In this document: positions 35,701-47,000 of the stretch, piece by piece | How the letters are laid out: each line of letters starts with the position of its first letter | Position numbering within the stretch: the first letter of the stretch is position 1 | Assembly: GCA_037379345.1 (NCBI GenBank) | Contig: CM074511.1 | Span: 53,078,862 to 53,142,861, forward strand | DNA: 64,000 nucleotides | Origin: Perna viridis | Taxonomy: Eukaryota | Reading direction: 5' to 3' | Position numbers and translations under genes: made by a program | Notes under the pieces: generated by a model | Told to the model about the DNA's origin: nothing | Databases searched by the model: none | The model's input: the letters and a program-made list of their open reading frames with translations, nothing else

Positions 35701-38700
35701 ATAGAAAAATAGCAAAAATTAGTACACTTCGAAAATTAATACTTTTACAGTAATAAAGAGGGACTTGAGCAAGTCTATGCTTACCTAACTTTTTTGGAAT
35801 CCTTTATTATATCAGGAATGTATGAAGAAAAACTTCATTGATTTAAACAAAGGAGATTAAAACTGGGTTGATGATTCCTTTTTTATGTTTCAGTGTATTG
35901 AGAAGTCCTCTCACTCCAATTGTGCTGTGTGCCTTGAAAATCTGCACTCATCAAGAATACCTGCTCATATACCCAGCTGTGGACATCTTATTCACAGGTA
36001 AGTTCATTAAGATTGTACCAATATTTGCAATACATTGTATTTTTTTATCTAAAGATATTGTACAGTTTCCATTAGTTTTGTGCATAGATAGAAATCTAAT
36101 ACATGTTCTTGGTCACCCTAATACTCCCTCTAGAAGTTTGGTTTAGTATTACATGTATTTTTCCTTTTTGCATTGGTAATTTGCTAAAATTACATTGTAA
36201 CATTCTCTCGCATTTTGTTCCCTGCTTTTTAATATGTAGTGATTCCATTTAATTTCAATTTCACATATCATGTTATTATAAAATATATAGTAATATATGA
36301 CTTTAACTTTTGTTTGAAGTGTGCTTTATCTTAGTAATAAGTGAAAATGTTTTGTTTGTCTGATGTATTGTATGTTTACTGTCATTTTCAGGGCATGTTT
36401 TAAAAGGATGCTGGAAACTAGGTATGTGAAATGTAATTTTCTTATATGTGTTTAAGAAATAGTGCAGCAGGTTTAGTTTCTTCATCTTGTTTAACTAAAT
36501 TTGTCAATAACATGTCATGTAGAAGCTCTGGGAAATATTTTCATCTCAACAAAGTAAAATCTTTCCTATAAGGCTTAATGTAATTTCAGTTATTTATATT
36601 TCTATAATTTTTTTGTATGCCTTAGAACTATTTAAATAAATAATCAGGCACACTCGTACACAACTAAGCCATGTGACATTCATTTAAAGATGTCAATTGA
36701 CTCTCACAAAACATTCTTTCTGTCTATACATATTAAAATTACTTGACGTGACCTAGCTTTAGTTTGAAGCCTGACAGCATCGATTTTTAAATGATCACAA
36801 AATATTTGCAGTCTTGTGTTGGTATGGTGCTGTCATCAACATTGTTGCGTCATTGTAGCCCGTAGACACTGAGGTTTTGTTTGATGACTTTAGTATAAGT
36901 TGGTTGAACTTTATAAAATATTATCAAAAGAAAGGTTGGTATTAAATTTGGGGGTTATAACCCAACCGTTTTCTAATGAGGGTCTATGAAGGGGCTTAAA
37001 ACAAACATTTCATAGAATTTGACTATTAAACTCTAGTAAAAATATAGGAATGCCGAAGATATTGTTTCGAAGTGTTCTATACCACAATGGTCAGATTTTT
37101 ATTGATTTTGGGGGTAAAGACTAGAATTTTTCAGAAATTAGGGGCCAAAAAAGGAGGCCAGAAACATGCATTTTTCTGATGTCAAGAAAATAACTTTATT
37201 ATATTTTGTCCAATTTTGAAAATTTTTTTATGAAAATCGCTGCATGAATTTTTTTCCTGCACTCCAAAGGGACCAAAAAATTGATATTTTGATTTTTGAT
37301 CTGAAAGTTCTTAATTGAATTTCAAATTTTGTGCAATATAGTGCCCAAATAAGTTGAAGTGTCCTTAATGAATTGTAAGTACCTATGCTTAAGTGTGTCA
37401 AAAACTAATATTGTGTCCACACTTGCCTCAACTGTTCAGGGTTTGACCACTGTGGTTGTATCATGCTGCACTATATGAAGCACTTTATTTTTATTTACAT
37501 CAACTGTTCAAATAGCTGTTCCAATAATTTTATTTAAATATTTAAAATTAGAATTGCATTAGGCCTAATGAAAATTCCTTAGGTCTGTGCTGAGATAAAA
37601 TTCTGGAAATATTTCTCAGAGTTCCTTTGCACTACAGAAAATCAAATGCAGTTAAAAATTTAAATCATTTTGAAAAATGATTTTGTAAGATTTTTTTTAA
37701 TGATTAATTTAACTCAAACAGACTACAAGAGAAAATTTGTAGTATCTGCTACTTTTGATGAAACTTTATACAGGTAAACACTTTAAGAAAGACACCTATT
37801 GAATTTGAGGTCAGTATTTCAAAGGTCAAGGTCACATATCTAATGACATAGAATTTGGTTTCCTGAGCATCAATTCGCCTTGACTTCATGGAATCATTGA
37901 CCAAATGAAGCATTATACAGGTTAAGTATTTACAAATAAGGTAGATTTTTTGGGTCACCAGGGCAAATGTCTAAGTCACACGTATATAATTGACTGGTTT
38001 TGGAGATGAATTTTGGTTTTTAAAACATTCCAAGTTAGTGGTCAACCAACATTTTGATTGGACTTATTTTTTCACTTGTGCTAGTGTCAAAACTTACATG
38101 CTAAGTTGGGAACACTGCTCTTGTTTGAATGATGCCCAACAAAAAAGGTATTTAACTTTGTCTAAATACTTCATCAGATCAAAGCCATCTTATTGGTGAT
38201 TATCAGTACAATGTATTATCAATTTGTCTTCCCCATTTATTTTTTAACGGTCTTTTTGCAGTAATTATGCCTGTCCAACCTGTGGTCAGTCAATGGTTAA
38301 TATGAATGAAGTTTGGCAAAATTTGGATGAGGAAATTGCCCATTGCCCAATGCCTGAAGAGTACAAAGACTATCATGTACAGATTTTATGTAAAGATTGT
38401 CATAAGGTAAGGTTAAAATATCATTCTCTAGCTACTTTGAATGTTGGAAAATTCATACTTTGTTTAAACATACATGTGCTCAAATATACATGTACCAGTA
38501 TAGTTGCACTGCATTTTTTTAATACATTTTGTGTATTTTTTTACTTTGTTTGTGTTCATAGTTAAATGAGCATAAATACACTTGTATAATTTTTGTATAA
38601 TTTTTAGCAACAGATTAAATGCATATAGTTGTTTAACCACTATATGGTGATCAAAATTATGGTAGTATTCTACAGTAATTTCATATTTTCCAAATCTTCT

Positions 38701-39157
38701 ACAATTTTCATGGGAGAAACAGATTCTTTATCAGATAAATATTGATTTATAAGATTTATCCATTCTGTGGAGTAACAGATTATATTTTACCACTTTGAGT
38801 GAAGAAATAACCACACCAGTCATCAGAGAACCTTTTTTTAATTGTGTATGTAACCAAAAAAAATACATGGGGACAATGATCCTATTTCACTTGATTCTAT
38901 CTTTCTGGAGGATGATCAATTTTATGTTTATTTCAGTTGGTACTGATAAGCTTTAATTCTCTCAAATGTATCATTTCCAGGAGAGTAATATAATATTCCA
39001 TGTACTTGGTTTGAAATGTCAATTATGTGGTTCATACAACACATGTCGTGCAGCAGAGCCTGATAGTGGAGCTGGTGGTGATTCTGACGAAAATAATACT
39101 CCAGAAGTGGTGACACCTGAGGAGCAGGATAAAAATAGTTCTAACAATAATGAATGA
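29708..39157 (+). CDS. RCHY1: RING finger and CHY zinc finger E3 ubiquitin ligase (Pirh2), ~281 aa, 8 exons: 29708-29779, 31784-31903, 32144-32262, 32699-32777, 35894-35997, 36392-36421, 38262-38406, 38981-39157
   Basis: [27 protein letters not shown] (CHY finger), CTCHY fingers, RING-H2 CAVC...CGHLIHRAC...CPTC, C-terminal PMPEEY...[22 protein letters not shown]; consistent phases (846 nt). Confidence 0.95.
30520..30755. mobile_element. Degenerate foldback MITE in RCHY1 intron 1
   Basis: AGTACAGAAAGAGACATGCCATGACTGA (~30527) vs TCAGTCAAGGTATGTCTTTTTTTCTGTACT (~30717-30748); inner GTACCACT/AGTGGTAC. Confidence 0.55.
32860..33935 (+). mobile_element. Complete HINE/DINE-like Helentron-associated element (~1.07 kb)
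   Basis: Inserted in a T-run; 5' GCTCACCTGGCC-AAA-GGCCAAGTGAGC palindrome, (GTC)n microsatellite, ~3 x ~325-bp cores, 3' subTIR AGGTGAGC and hairpin AGGCTC-TCTT-GAGCCT. Confidence 0.9.
34100..34706 (+). mobile_element. HINE-like element with ~190-bp tandem cores
   Basis: 3 x GGA.GTGCACAATGGGAACA...AATAAAGATTCTGT; GGACAGATGG microsatellite remnant; terminal ATACCCCA...TGGGGTAT hairpin and A-run. Confidence 0.75.
36800..37490 (-). mobile_element. Degenerate HINE-like element related to 8130-8706 (opposite orientation)
   Basis: GGGGTTATAACCC, GGGGCCAAAAAAGG..CCAGAAACATGCATTTT are reverse complements of the core motifs at 8130-11100. Confidence 0.45.
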
Positions 39158-39756
39158 GCGTTAACATGCAAGGGATTTTATTATTATTTTAAAGTTTAAT
39201 TTAATCTCAGATTTTTTTTATTTTATCATTAAGCAAAGACCCCTTCCTTGATTCTATATTAATATCTGTGGTTTTGCCAAAATGTATACTTTACATGCTG
39301 CTTCCAAACACACACTTATATTTGTATATTGTATGGGACTTTGGCAGCACCGAAGCATTTATCTACATGTACATATCAAACATTATTCTAATCTTATAAG
39401 AAATTCATTTAACTATTATGAGAAGTGAAATTAAATTAAATGAATACAATACCTTTATGACCTTTTTTATGGGATATTTAACATTCATTTCTCAAATTTT
39501 TAGAGTTAAAGATTGTTTTAATGAATGAACTGCCCTTTTTAATGGATTGAAAGTGGCATGTATTGAATTTAATTACTAGTAGTAAATTCTCATTTTACTT
39601 GATGAATGTATATGTCAGAAATAGTGAATACGAACATCAAAAGTGAGAAGCTATTACGCTTGTTTAAGAAGATTTTGTGACATTTTAGAGTTAACAAGTT
39701 ATTTGTTTAATTTATCTATCTTATAATTGCCAGTTTGTTTACTTGTTTTATTATTA

Positions 39757-39990
39757 CAGTGAAACCTGTCTAAACTGAACACTTGATAATCCAAAAAACC
39801 TGTCTAAACTGAACACTTGATAATCCAAAAAACCTGTCTAAACTGAACACATGATAATCCAAAATACATGTCTAAACTGAACACTTGATAATCAAAAACC
39901 CTTTCTAAATTTAAAACTTGATAATCCAAAAAACTGTCTAAACTGAACACTTGATAATTAAAACAATGTTCATTAATGACAGGTTTTTCT
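39757..39990. mobile_element. Tc1/mariner-type MITE with internally amplified ~34-35-bp unit
   Basis: TA-CAGTGAAACCTGTC start, ~6 x AACCTGTCTAAACTGAACACTTGATAATCCAAAA, partial opposite TIR GACAGGTTT at 39978-39986. Confidence 0.7.
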
Positions 39991-41554
39991 CTTTTAAGTT
40001 ACTTGTTATATTGGGCCAAAATTCTTGCCACAGAGCATTGTGAGCAGTGCTTTTTTACCCTGCCTTTTAAAGTAGTGAGGTATAATGTGGTACCCCCTGA
40101 AAAATTTGTTCGACCATATGTCCTTCTGTTTGCCCCTGAATGGTTTACAGATGATACCTTTAGAAGATTTTAATGGATCTTTTTCAAATCTTCTTTGAAA
40201 CTTCTCATTGGATCATTATCAAATTTGGTCAGTACACCTTTAAGTATTATGCTGATTCAATAAAAACATGGCTACCACTGCTGGTAAATTGTCAATTCCA
40301 ACATACATCTGTAAAACTATACAGGATACTGAAAAAAGTAATGTTAATTTCTTTCTTCAGGTTGAAAAGACACAAAAGTCCATTTGGTGGAAACTGAATG
40401 AGTTTTTGCTCTTATATGGCATAAATGATGGTTTTGCAGATTTTAGTTTATAATAGAGAGAAAAAGACTTATCTGAATGAAATGAGCTTTATGTTACTGC
40501 TTACAACAGTCTTGATCAGGTTAATGTTGTATGTCAACTCCTTGCTTGATTGAATGACCTTGAAATGCCAAAAATAACAATTTTGGAGTTCTTAGCTTTA
40601 TTCTTGAAAACCATAATACATGTAAATGAAAAGGTACATTCAGTTGATGAGAAGATCCTCATAATACATAATATAATTCGTTTTTCCCTTGAAAGGCCAG
40701 ACAAGACAATTTTTCAGTCTTATATTTTGGAAATAATTACAGAGAGACAATAATGTTCGATTGATCAAATTATTGTTACGATTGTTTTCCTCGAAAGACC
40801 AAAAACAAGAATGTATTCTGAAAACAATAAGATTTACAATGATAAATTAGTCCTTACAATAATCCACACAGAAGTGTAAATGTTACAGTTATACAACAAC
40901 TTCCTACATGAGTTATTGCCCTTTAAGGTACTGCTTCTGAACAGGTGAGCACATGAGGCTTGTCAGAGTTTCAAGTTCCATATGCCTGTTTATTTTTTTA
41001 TAATTTTTCTCCCATAACAAATTTTAATATATCGATATTTGTCTGGCAAAGCTTAACTCAGATCTGTGGTCAGGTTTACAGATAGTTGTAGTATAAAAAA
41101 TGATGGGACAATCTGATTTAACAATATGAATTGAAGATTTTGATGGTCAAACTTCCATAGATTCTAGTGACAACTTTTTGTGAAATTGACTGACATTTTA
41201 TGGGCATTTAAAAACTGCCAGTGTTAAGGTTATTGTATTTTTGTTTTGATAATTATTTACTTGTATTATATGATTGTATTACATTTTAAATTAATTTCAG
41301 AAATAAATTGATGGCATATAGGAGTTAAATTGATATGTATATGTATTATGTAATATATAATGAGATAACTCCTTTGATCAGATAGAATGGTGACCATCTG
41401 AAAAGCATAATTATCATCCATTTAATTTGTTTCCACATAGATTACATTTGCAAAACATTTTCGAATTCAGAGTTCCTTGTACCTGTTAAAGGGGGTAATA
41501 TAATGGGTATACAGTTGTTCAATTGCCATTCATTATAGGATAACTTATGAGTAT

Positions 41555-42010
41555 GTAGTGAAATATCCCGCATTTTATTAAATGTCTGTTTTGAAGCTAG
41601 AGAAGTATCGGTTTTAAAGCTAGAAAAATATCCCTAGTTTGGTTAAATGCCTGTTTTGATGCTTGAGAAAGATCCCTAATTTGGTTGAGTGTCTGTTTTG
41701 AAGCTAGAGAAATATCCCTTAATTGGTTTAATATCTGTTTGGAAGCTGGAGAAATATTCCTAATTTGGTTGAATATCTGTTTTGAATCTAGAGAAAAAAC
41801 CCTAATTTGATTGAATGTCTGTATTGAAATAAGAGAAATATTCCTAGTTTGGTTGAATGTCTGTTTTGAAGCTAGAGAAATATCCCTAATTTTGTTGAAT
41901 GTCTGTTTTTAGGCAAGAGAAATAACCCTAATTTGGGTGAGTGTCTGTTCTGAAGCTTGAGAAATAACCCTAATTTGGTCGAGTGTCCGTTTTGAAGCTG
42001 GAGAAATATT
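41555..42010. repeat. ~42-bp minisatellite
   Basis: About 10 units of GAGAAATATCCCTAATTTGGTTGAATGTCTGTTTTGAAGCTA. Confidence 0.9.
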
Positions 42011-42384
42011 GCTGGGTTATTGATGTTATATACACAAAATTTTAAGGTTTTGTGTAAATTTGCAAATTGACTAAAATATTTGAGCAATTTTCTTAATTTT
42101 TTTTGTCAAATTAGTGTTAACTTCAAGTTCTCTTACCTTTTCTGGTATTTCCCTGCAGTGTATAAAATCATTGTTTATATCATATTTTAAGTACAATGAC
42201 TATTTTTCCTAACTTTGTGAAATATGTTTTAAAGAAGCTCCTTTTTTTCATCAAAATCATATAATTAAAGGTGTTTTGGCACATTGTTGGTAGTGGTGCT
42301 AAGCATGTAGTAAATTGAGAAGAGTTAATTCTTTTCTTGTGGTAAGAAATTTTGCTTCAGACTGAAATTTTTATTAGTGCCATT

Positions 42385-42980
42385 TTTAGCTCACCTGGCC
42401 ATCGGCCATGTGAGCTATTGCCATCACTTGGCGTCCATCGTCTCCGTCGTCGTCGTCCGTTGTTTTTAACAATTTTTCTAAACTCTTCTCCTCCGACTCG
42501 ACTTGACCAATTGGAACCTAACTTGGTATGAATGTTTCTTGGGGTATTCTGCATAGAATTTTTGTTTTGATCTGTTAACCCATGTTGGAGTTATTGCCCT
42601 TTTTCTACGTTTTTTGCTATTTGAATGTTATTTCTTTCATAAATCTCGTCCTCTTATAGGTCTGTATCATGATGCTGCACAATATTATCCAATGCCAGAA
42701 ATTTGCTAAAGGCAACGGTTTTTGAGATTTTTGCAAAAAAACTGCCTTTTGACCCCTATGTTCTATTTTTAGTAATGGCGGCCATGTTTTTTCACGGATC
42801 AAAAATCCCAACAGTCTTTTTGTGCAGAACACCCTTAGGAACAATCGTGTTAAGTTCACATCCTGTCGGTCTGATAGTTTCAGAGGAGAAGATTTTTGAA
42901 AATTTGTCCACCACGACAACGACGACGGACGCCAAGTGATGGCATAAGCTCACTTGGCCTTTGGCCAGGTAAGCTAAAAA
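42385..42980. mobile_element. Chimeric double-headed HINE-like element (5' terminus at both ends, inverted)
   Basis: Left TTTTAGCTCACCTGGCC..GGCCATGTGAGC..CCATCACTTGGCGTCC(GTC)n; right (GAC)nGGACGCCAAGTGATGG..GCTCACTTGGCC..GGCCAGGTAAGCTAAAA; junction at ~42655. Confidence 0.85.
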
Positions 42981-44026
42981 CTAGTAGTACCAAGGAGTTA
43001 TCCTTATGGGTAGCAATTGCTAATAGTAGTCATGGCATTGTAACAGGTATGCATCTAGTTGATGTTTGGCCTATTTTTCATTTTGCATTTTGTATGCAAC
43101 TTTATCTAATCGCATGTACAGCAAGCCCTTTACAAAACACTTCAAAGCTTTTTTTTACACTTTTAAGAATAAAATTTTGCTTGAAATGTAGGTCACAGTC
43201 ACAGTACAGGATTTATATTTTTCGTCAAATCAATTGAAATGGACACCAGATGTATTTGCATATGAATCTCAAATTATATTAATTAGTTTACTCAGACAAC
43301 ATTTAACGGGCAACAAAGGGTTAACACCAGAGTTAATTACTATTTTGTAACTCTTCCACACCCACTTTTAGAACCATCCATAATTCACTAATTTCACACC
43401 TAATGTGTGTGTAATAAACATGTTGGTTGCGTAAATTATTGAATTCATCTGGATGGCGTTGACTAGTTACACAGCAGTAATATGTGAAAGGGACTGTTCA
43501 ATAAATCAAAACAATTACAGGCTGCATCAGCTTTTTTATTCAGACAAATCTGCCGAAATATTAACCATTTATAATTTAAATGATCATTAATTTAGTACAT
43601 AGCTAGTTTAATAATTGACTATGGTGAGAAAATTTAATTTTCCAAATGCAATTTGCATTAAAAAAAAATACATGCATTAATATGAGTGGTATTTTGTATA
43701 TCTTGATCAAAACGTGCTGGTGATTTTTTTTTCAAAATAAATCAATAGATATATTTTGGACTTGGGTTTCCATTTAAGCTTTTGTAAAAATTTAGCCTGA
43801 TTGAAAATTAAGAAGTTGTATAAGCCTATCATTGCTACATATTTGCATTGTCGCTTATTTCTTCAAGGAAATATAGTAACCAGATGCTTTTATCTTATGG
43901 TCATAGTTCCTATGTTTTGACAAAAGAGGTATTTGTGCTTCTGATTGAAAGATTTGCGTAAAACCAGTTTCTTTGGATGGATTATTGTGCATCTAATATA
44001 AGATTTTCTACCACAGCCTTTAAGTG

Positions 44027-47000
44027 TCACACATAGGTTTGTTGTGTTGTGGATCTAGGTATAAACTTAAGTTTGAGTGGCTGATTAGGAGTCATTACTG
44101 TATTCAACACTGGCTCTAAATCCTGGTGGTCATACTTCAACTGAAAATTTTGGACAATCTGAAAAATAGATGAAAAGAAATTAGCTAATTTGGCGATATC
44201 ATTATGAGTTTCTAAAACTATTGTAGAGTTACAGGTATGGTAATACATGTAGTTTCTCTAAATTTCTTTTTAAGAAAACAAGTCTCAATGTATTTGAAAT
44301 TTTAACTTCAGTATTTCTTTCCCTTTAATGTGATTTCTACAGACATATTTTAGTGGGAATGATGTAGGGGATTGTAAAATAATTGTTTGAAGTTAATTAT
44401 ATTTAGTTTTTTATCAGTCTTAACAGTTATTTCTGTGCTATTAGGAAGTTCATGTCTTGTATGCAAGTTGGTTCTATCGATAGCTTCCCGTATTTCAGCT
44501 TGGTTGGCGAATTTTTTTTAAAACACAGGATATGTAATGTAAGATCTATATGCACAGTTTTCTATCTACTGTAATTCAACATTGCTTCTTGCAATTTATG
44601 GTTTTCAAATATTTTCAGGAGTAGTTTAGTCAGTGTTATGTTGAAAGTTACCATATGCTTAATGCTAAATGTGCATATTCGCGGGTATTCATCTTCACAG
44701 ATAAAAACTGATGGCAAAATTCTTGAAATAAAATACACCACGAAAATATGTGCAATTACAGTAATATACATTGGTTAATCACTGTGAACATGGCTAATAT
44801 ATACATCATTACCTTGGATATCATAATATTCATTTCTTGTTCAGCAAGTCTTCTTCCTGTAAGGCAACAGTTTAATGTTCATAAAGCAACTTCTTTCAAA
44901 AGAGTTTTAACGTGCTCAAATTAAAAAAATATATATTTGATAAAATGTGATTTTTTTATCAACAAATAAGTAAGAAAAGCACGTGATACATTTTGCTCAT
45001 ATTAAACACTGGGGTCAAGCACCTGTAAAAATTTAATCCCAAATCAATAAAATTTAATAAAAGGTCTTGTCTTTACTAATCTGTACATTTGTTTTATAAA
45101 ATTTTGAATCTGACAATGCAAACCTATAGTAGTTATAGAAAAAGGTCTGAATTGTCAGCTTCAAAATTCTGATAAAATGCATTCATTAGAAAAAAAATAA
45201 ATGAATTTTGTTGAGCTATACTCTAATATTTTACAATCTTTGATCTCTATTACGACTGTTTTCTTTTTTTTTATCTTCTTTTAATGCCGCTAATGTGCAT
45301 TCTAAGATAATCTCGCTCCATAATAAATTCAGGGAGTGAATCACAAAGAGGACTGGCATCAAAGCATACCTATGCACATCCTAGCCCCGTGACCCCACAC
45401 TAAATTTGACAGAGACTTCAGTTTTCTGTCCATATCTCCGTCTAACCATCGTTCTGGTATGAAACTCTCTGGATCAGGATATAATGTGGGATCATGAAAC
45501 ATACCATATAGATTTGCCTGAACATGCGTCTACAAAATAATATTATAATTTTAATTTAAGGAAAAGTAAAATAGAAAAACTACATTTACTACTTAAAATT
45601 GTCTTGATGTTTTGTTTACTTCACCACTTCAATATGTAAATATGCAGCAATACGATTATCAGTGCTTGTGTAAATATTAACGGAAAGTGTACATATATAT
45701 ATCTCAATTTGCATACAATTAACGATTTAAAAAACTACAAAAATGTACTATTACTCACCGAGAAACAGTTTGTAATGATACGGTGTTTCTATAATAATAC
45801 AACGACGAAAGATTTAACAGAGATAAACAGTTCAGTAACGCGGAAACGGTTGATGTAGAAAATGGGAGGGTTTAAGTATTGCTTACCCCAGCTGGAAGCA
45901 TGTAACCTCCGACCTCCAAATCATCCTCTAGATGTCGACTTGTTGCAAATGTGATCGGATAGAGCCTGCAAAATACAATTAGTCTTGTAATCTTTAAATT
46001 CATATGATTTTCTTTCTTCCGCCATCCTACTATAAATGTCATATTGGAGGCAGTGGGTCAGATAAAAAGGCCCGAAAAGACACACGTGAATTTTTAAACC
46101 AGGAGCAAAGATTCTGTAATTACTAAATAATGTCATCTTAAAAGACTAATGACCTTAATATGAGTTGGCGCCAATCTTCATTTTTTTGCAATTGACATTC
46201 AAATCCGTTTACTCTAGTAAACATGGCACACAGTTTTTTTAAATTTGTTTTATTTACGGATCCACAGACCCGAGACAAGCTCATTCTAATAGCGAAATTA
46301 CTATGCAGTTTTTAACGCCCTTGGCTACCATTTTAGGTCCCGCACGGACGACCCAACTTTGTGGCCTGTACATTTATATTCGTATGTTATTCACAAACAC
46401 ATTGTGATAGTGAACCTATATTTAAGAGCTTAATACCACATTTATTGAAAAGATTTCAAGCTCCTGTGGTTGTGCTGCAGTTAACATTTTTTTACACGAA
46501 CATGAGCGGTTAATGGATAAGTAAAGAATAGATTTCAAAAACGAAACCTTTTATTATATCCAAACTCTTTCATATTTTATGCATGGACCGATTCCCGACG
46601 TTTTCTCAACGCTTACATATATTGAGAATGTTTATTCCGATGATTTTTTATGGAAATTAGTGGTCGCTGGTCTTTATATTGCTACGTATGCAAAACTCAA
46701 AGAGACATACACATATAAATATTGCTATCACTTTTTATGACAATTTATTAGGCTGGTTTATTCCATAAAAATTCTTCTATGGTCGGTGTACTTTTCCATT
46801 CTGTATTTTTATCTGTTATTTCTTAACAGGCTCGGTTGGTGCTTCCACGAGGAAAATCCTACACATTCCTCCATTTTTCAATCAAATTTTTACAGGGAAA
46901 TGTTGCAGCTATATATCTCGCGGAAGTATCAGAAAAGTAGCAGGAAAGGTTTGTTGCAACTATATACTACCTGAATGTTTCCTTTATCACAGCTTTAATA

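Noticed and set aside
42357-43237. Cluster of 65-113-aa ORFs
   Set aside because: Read-throughs of the non-coding HINE-like element and its microsatellite.
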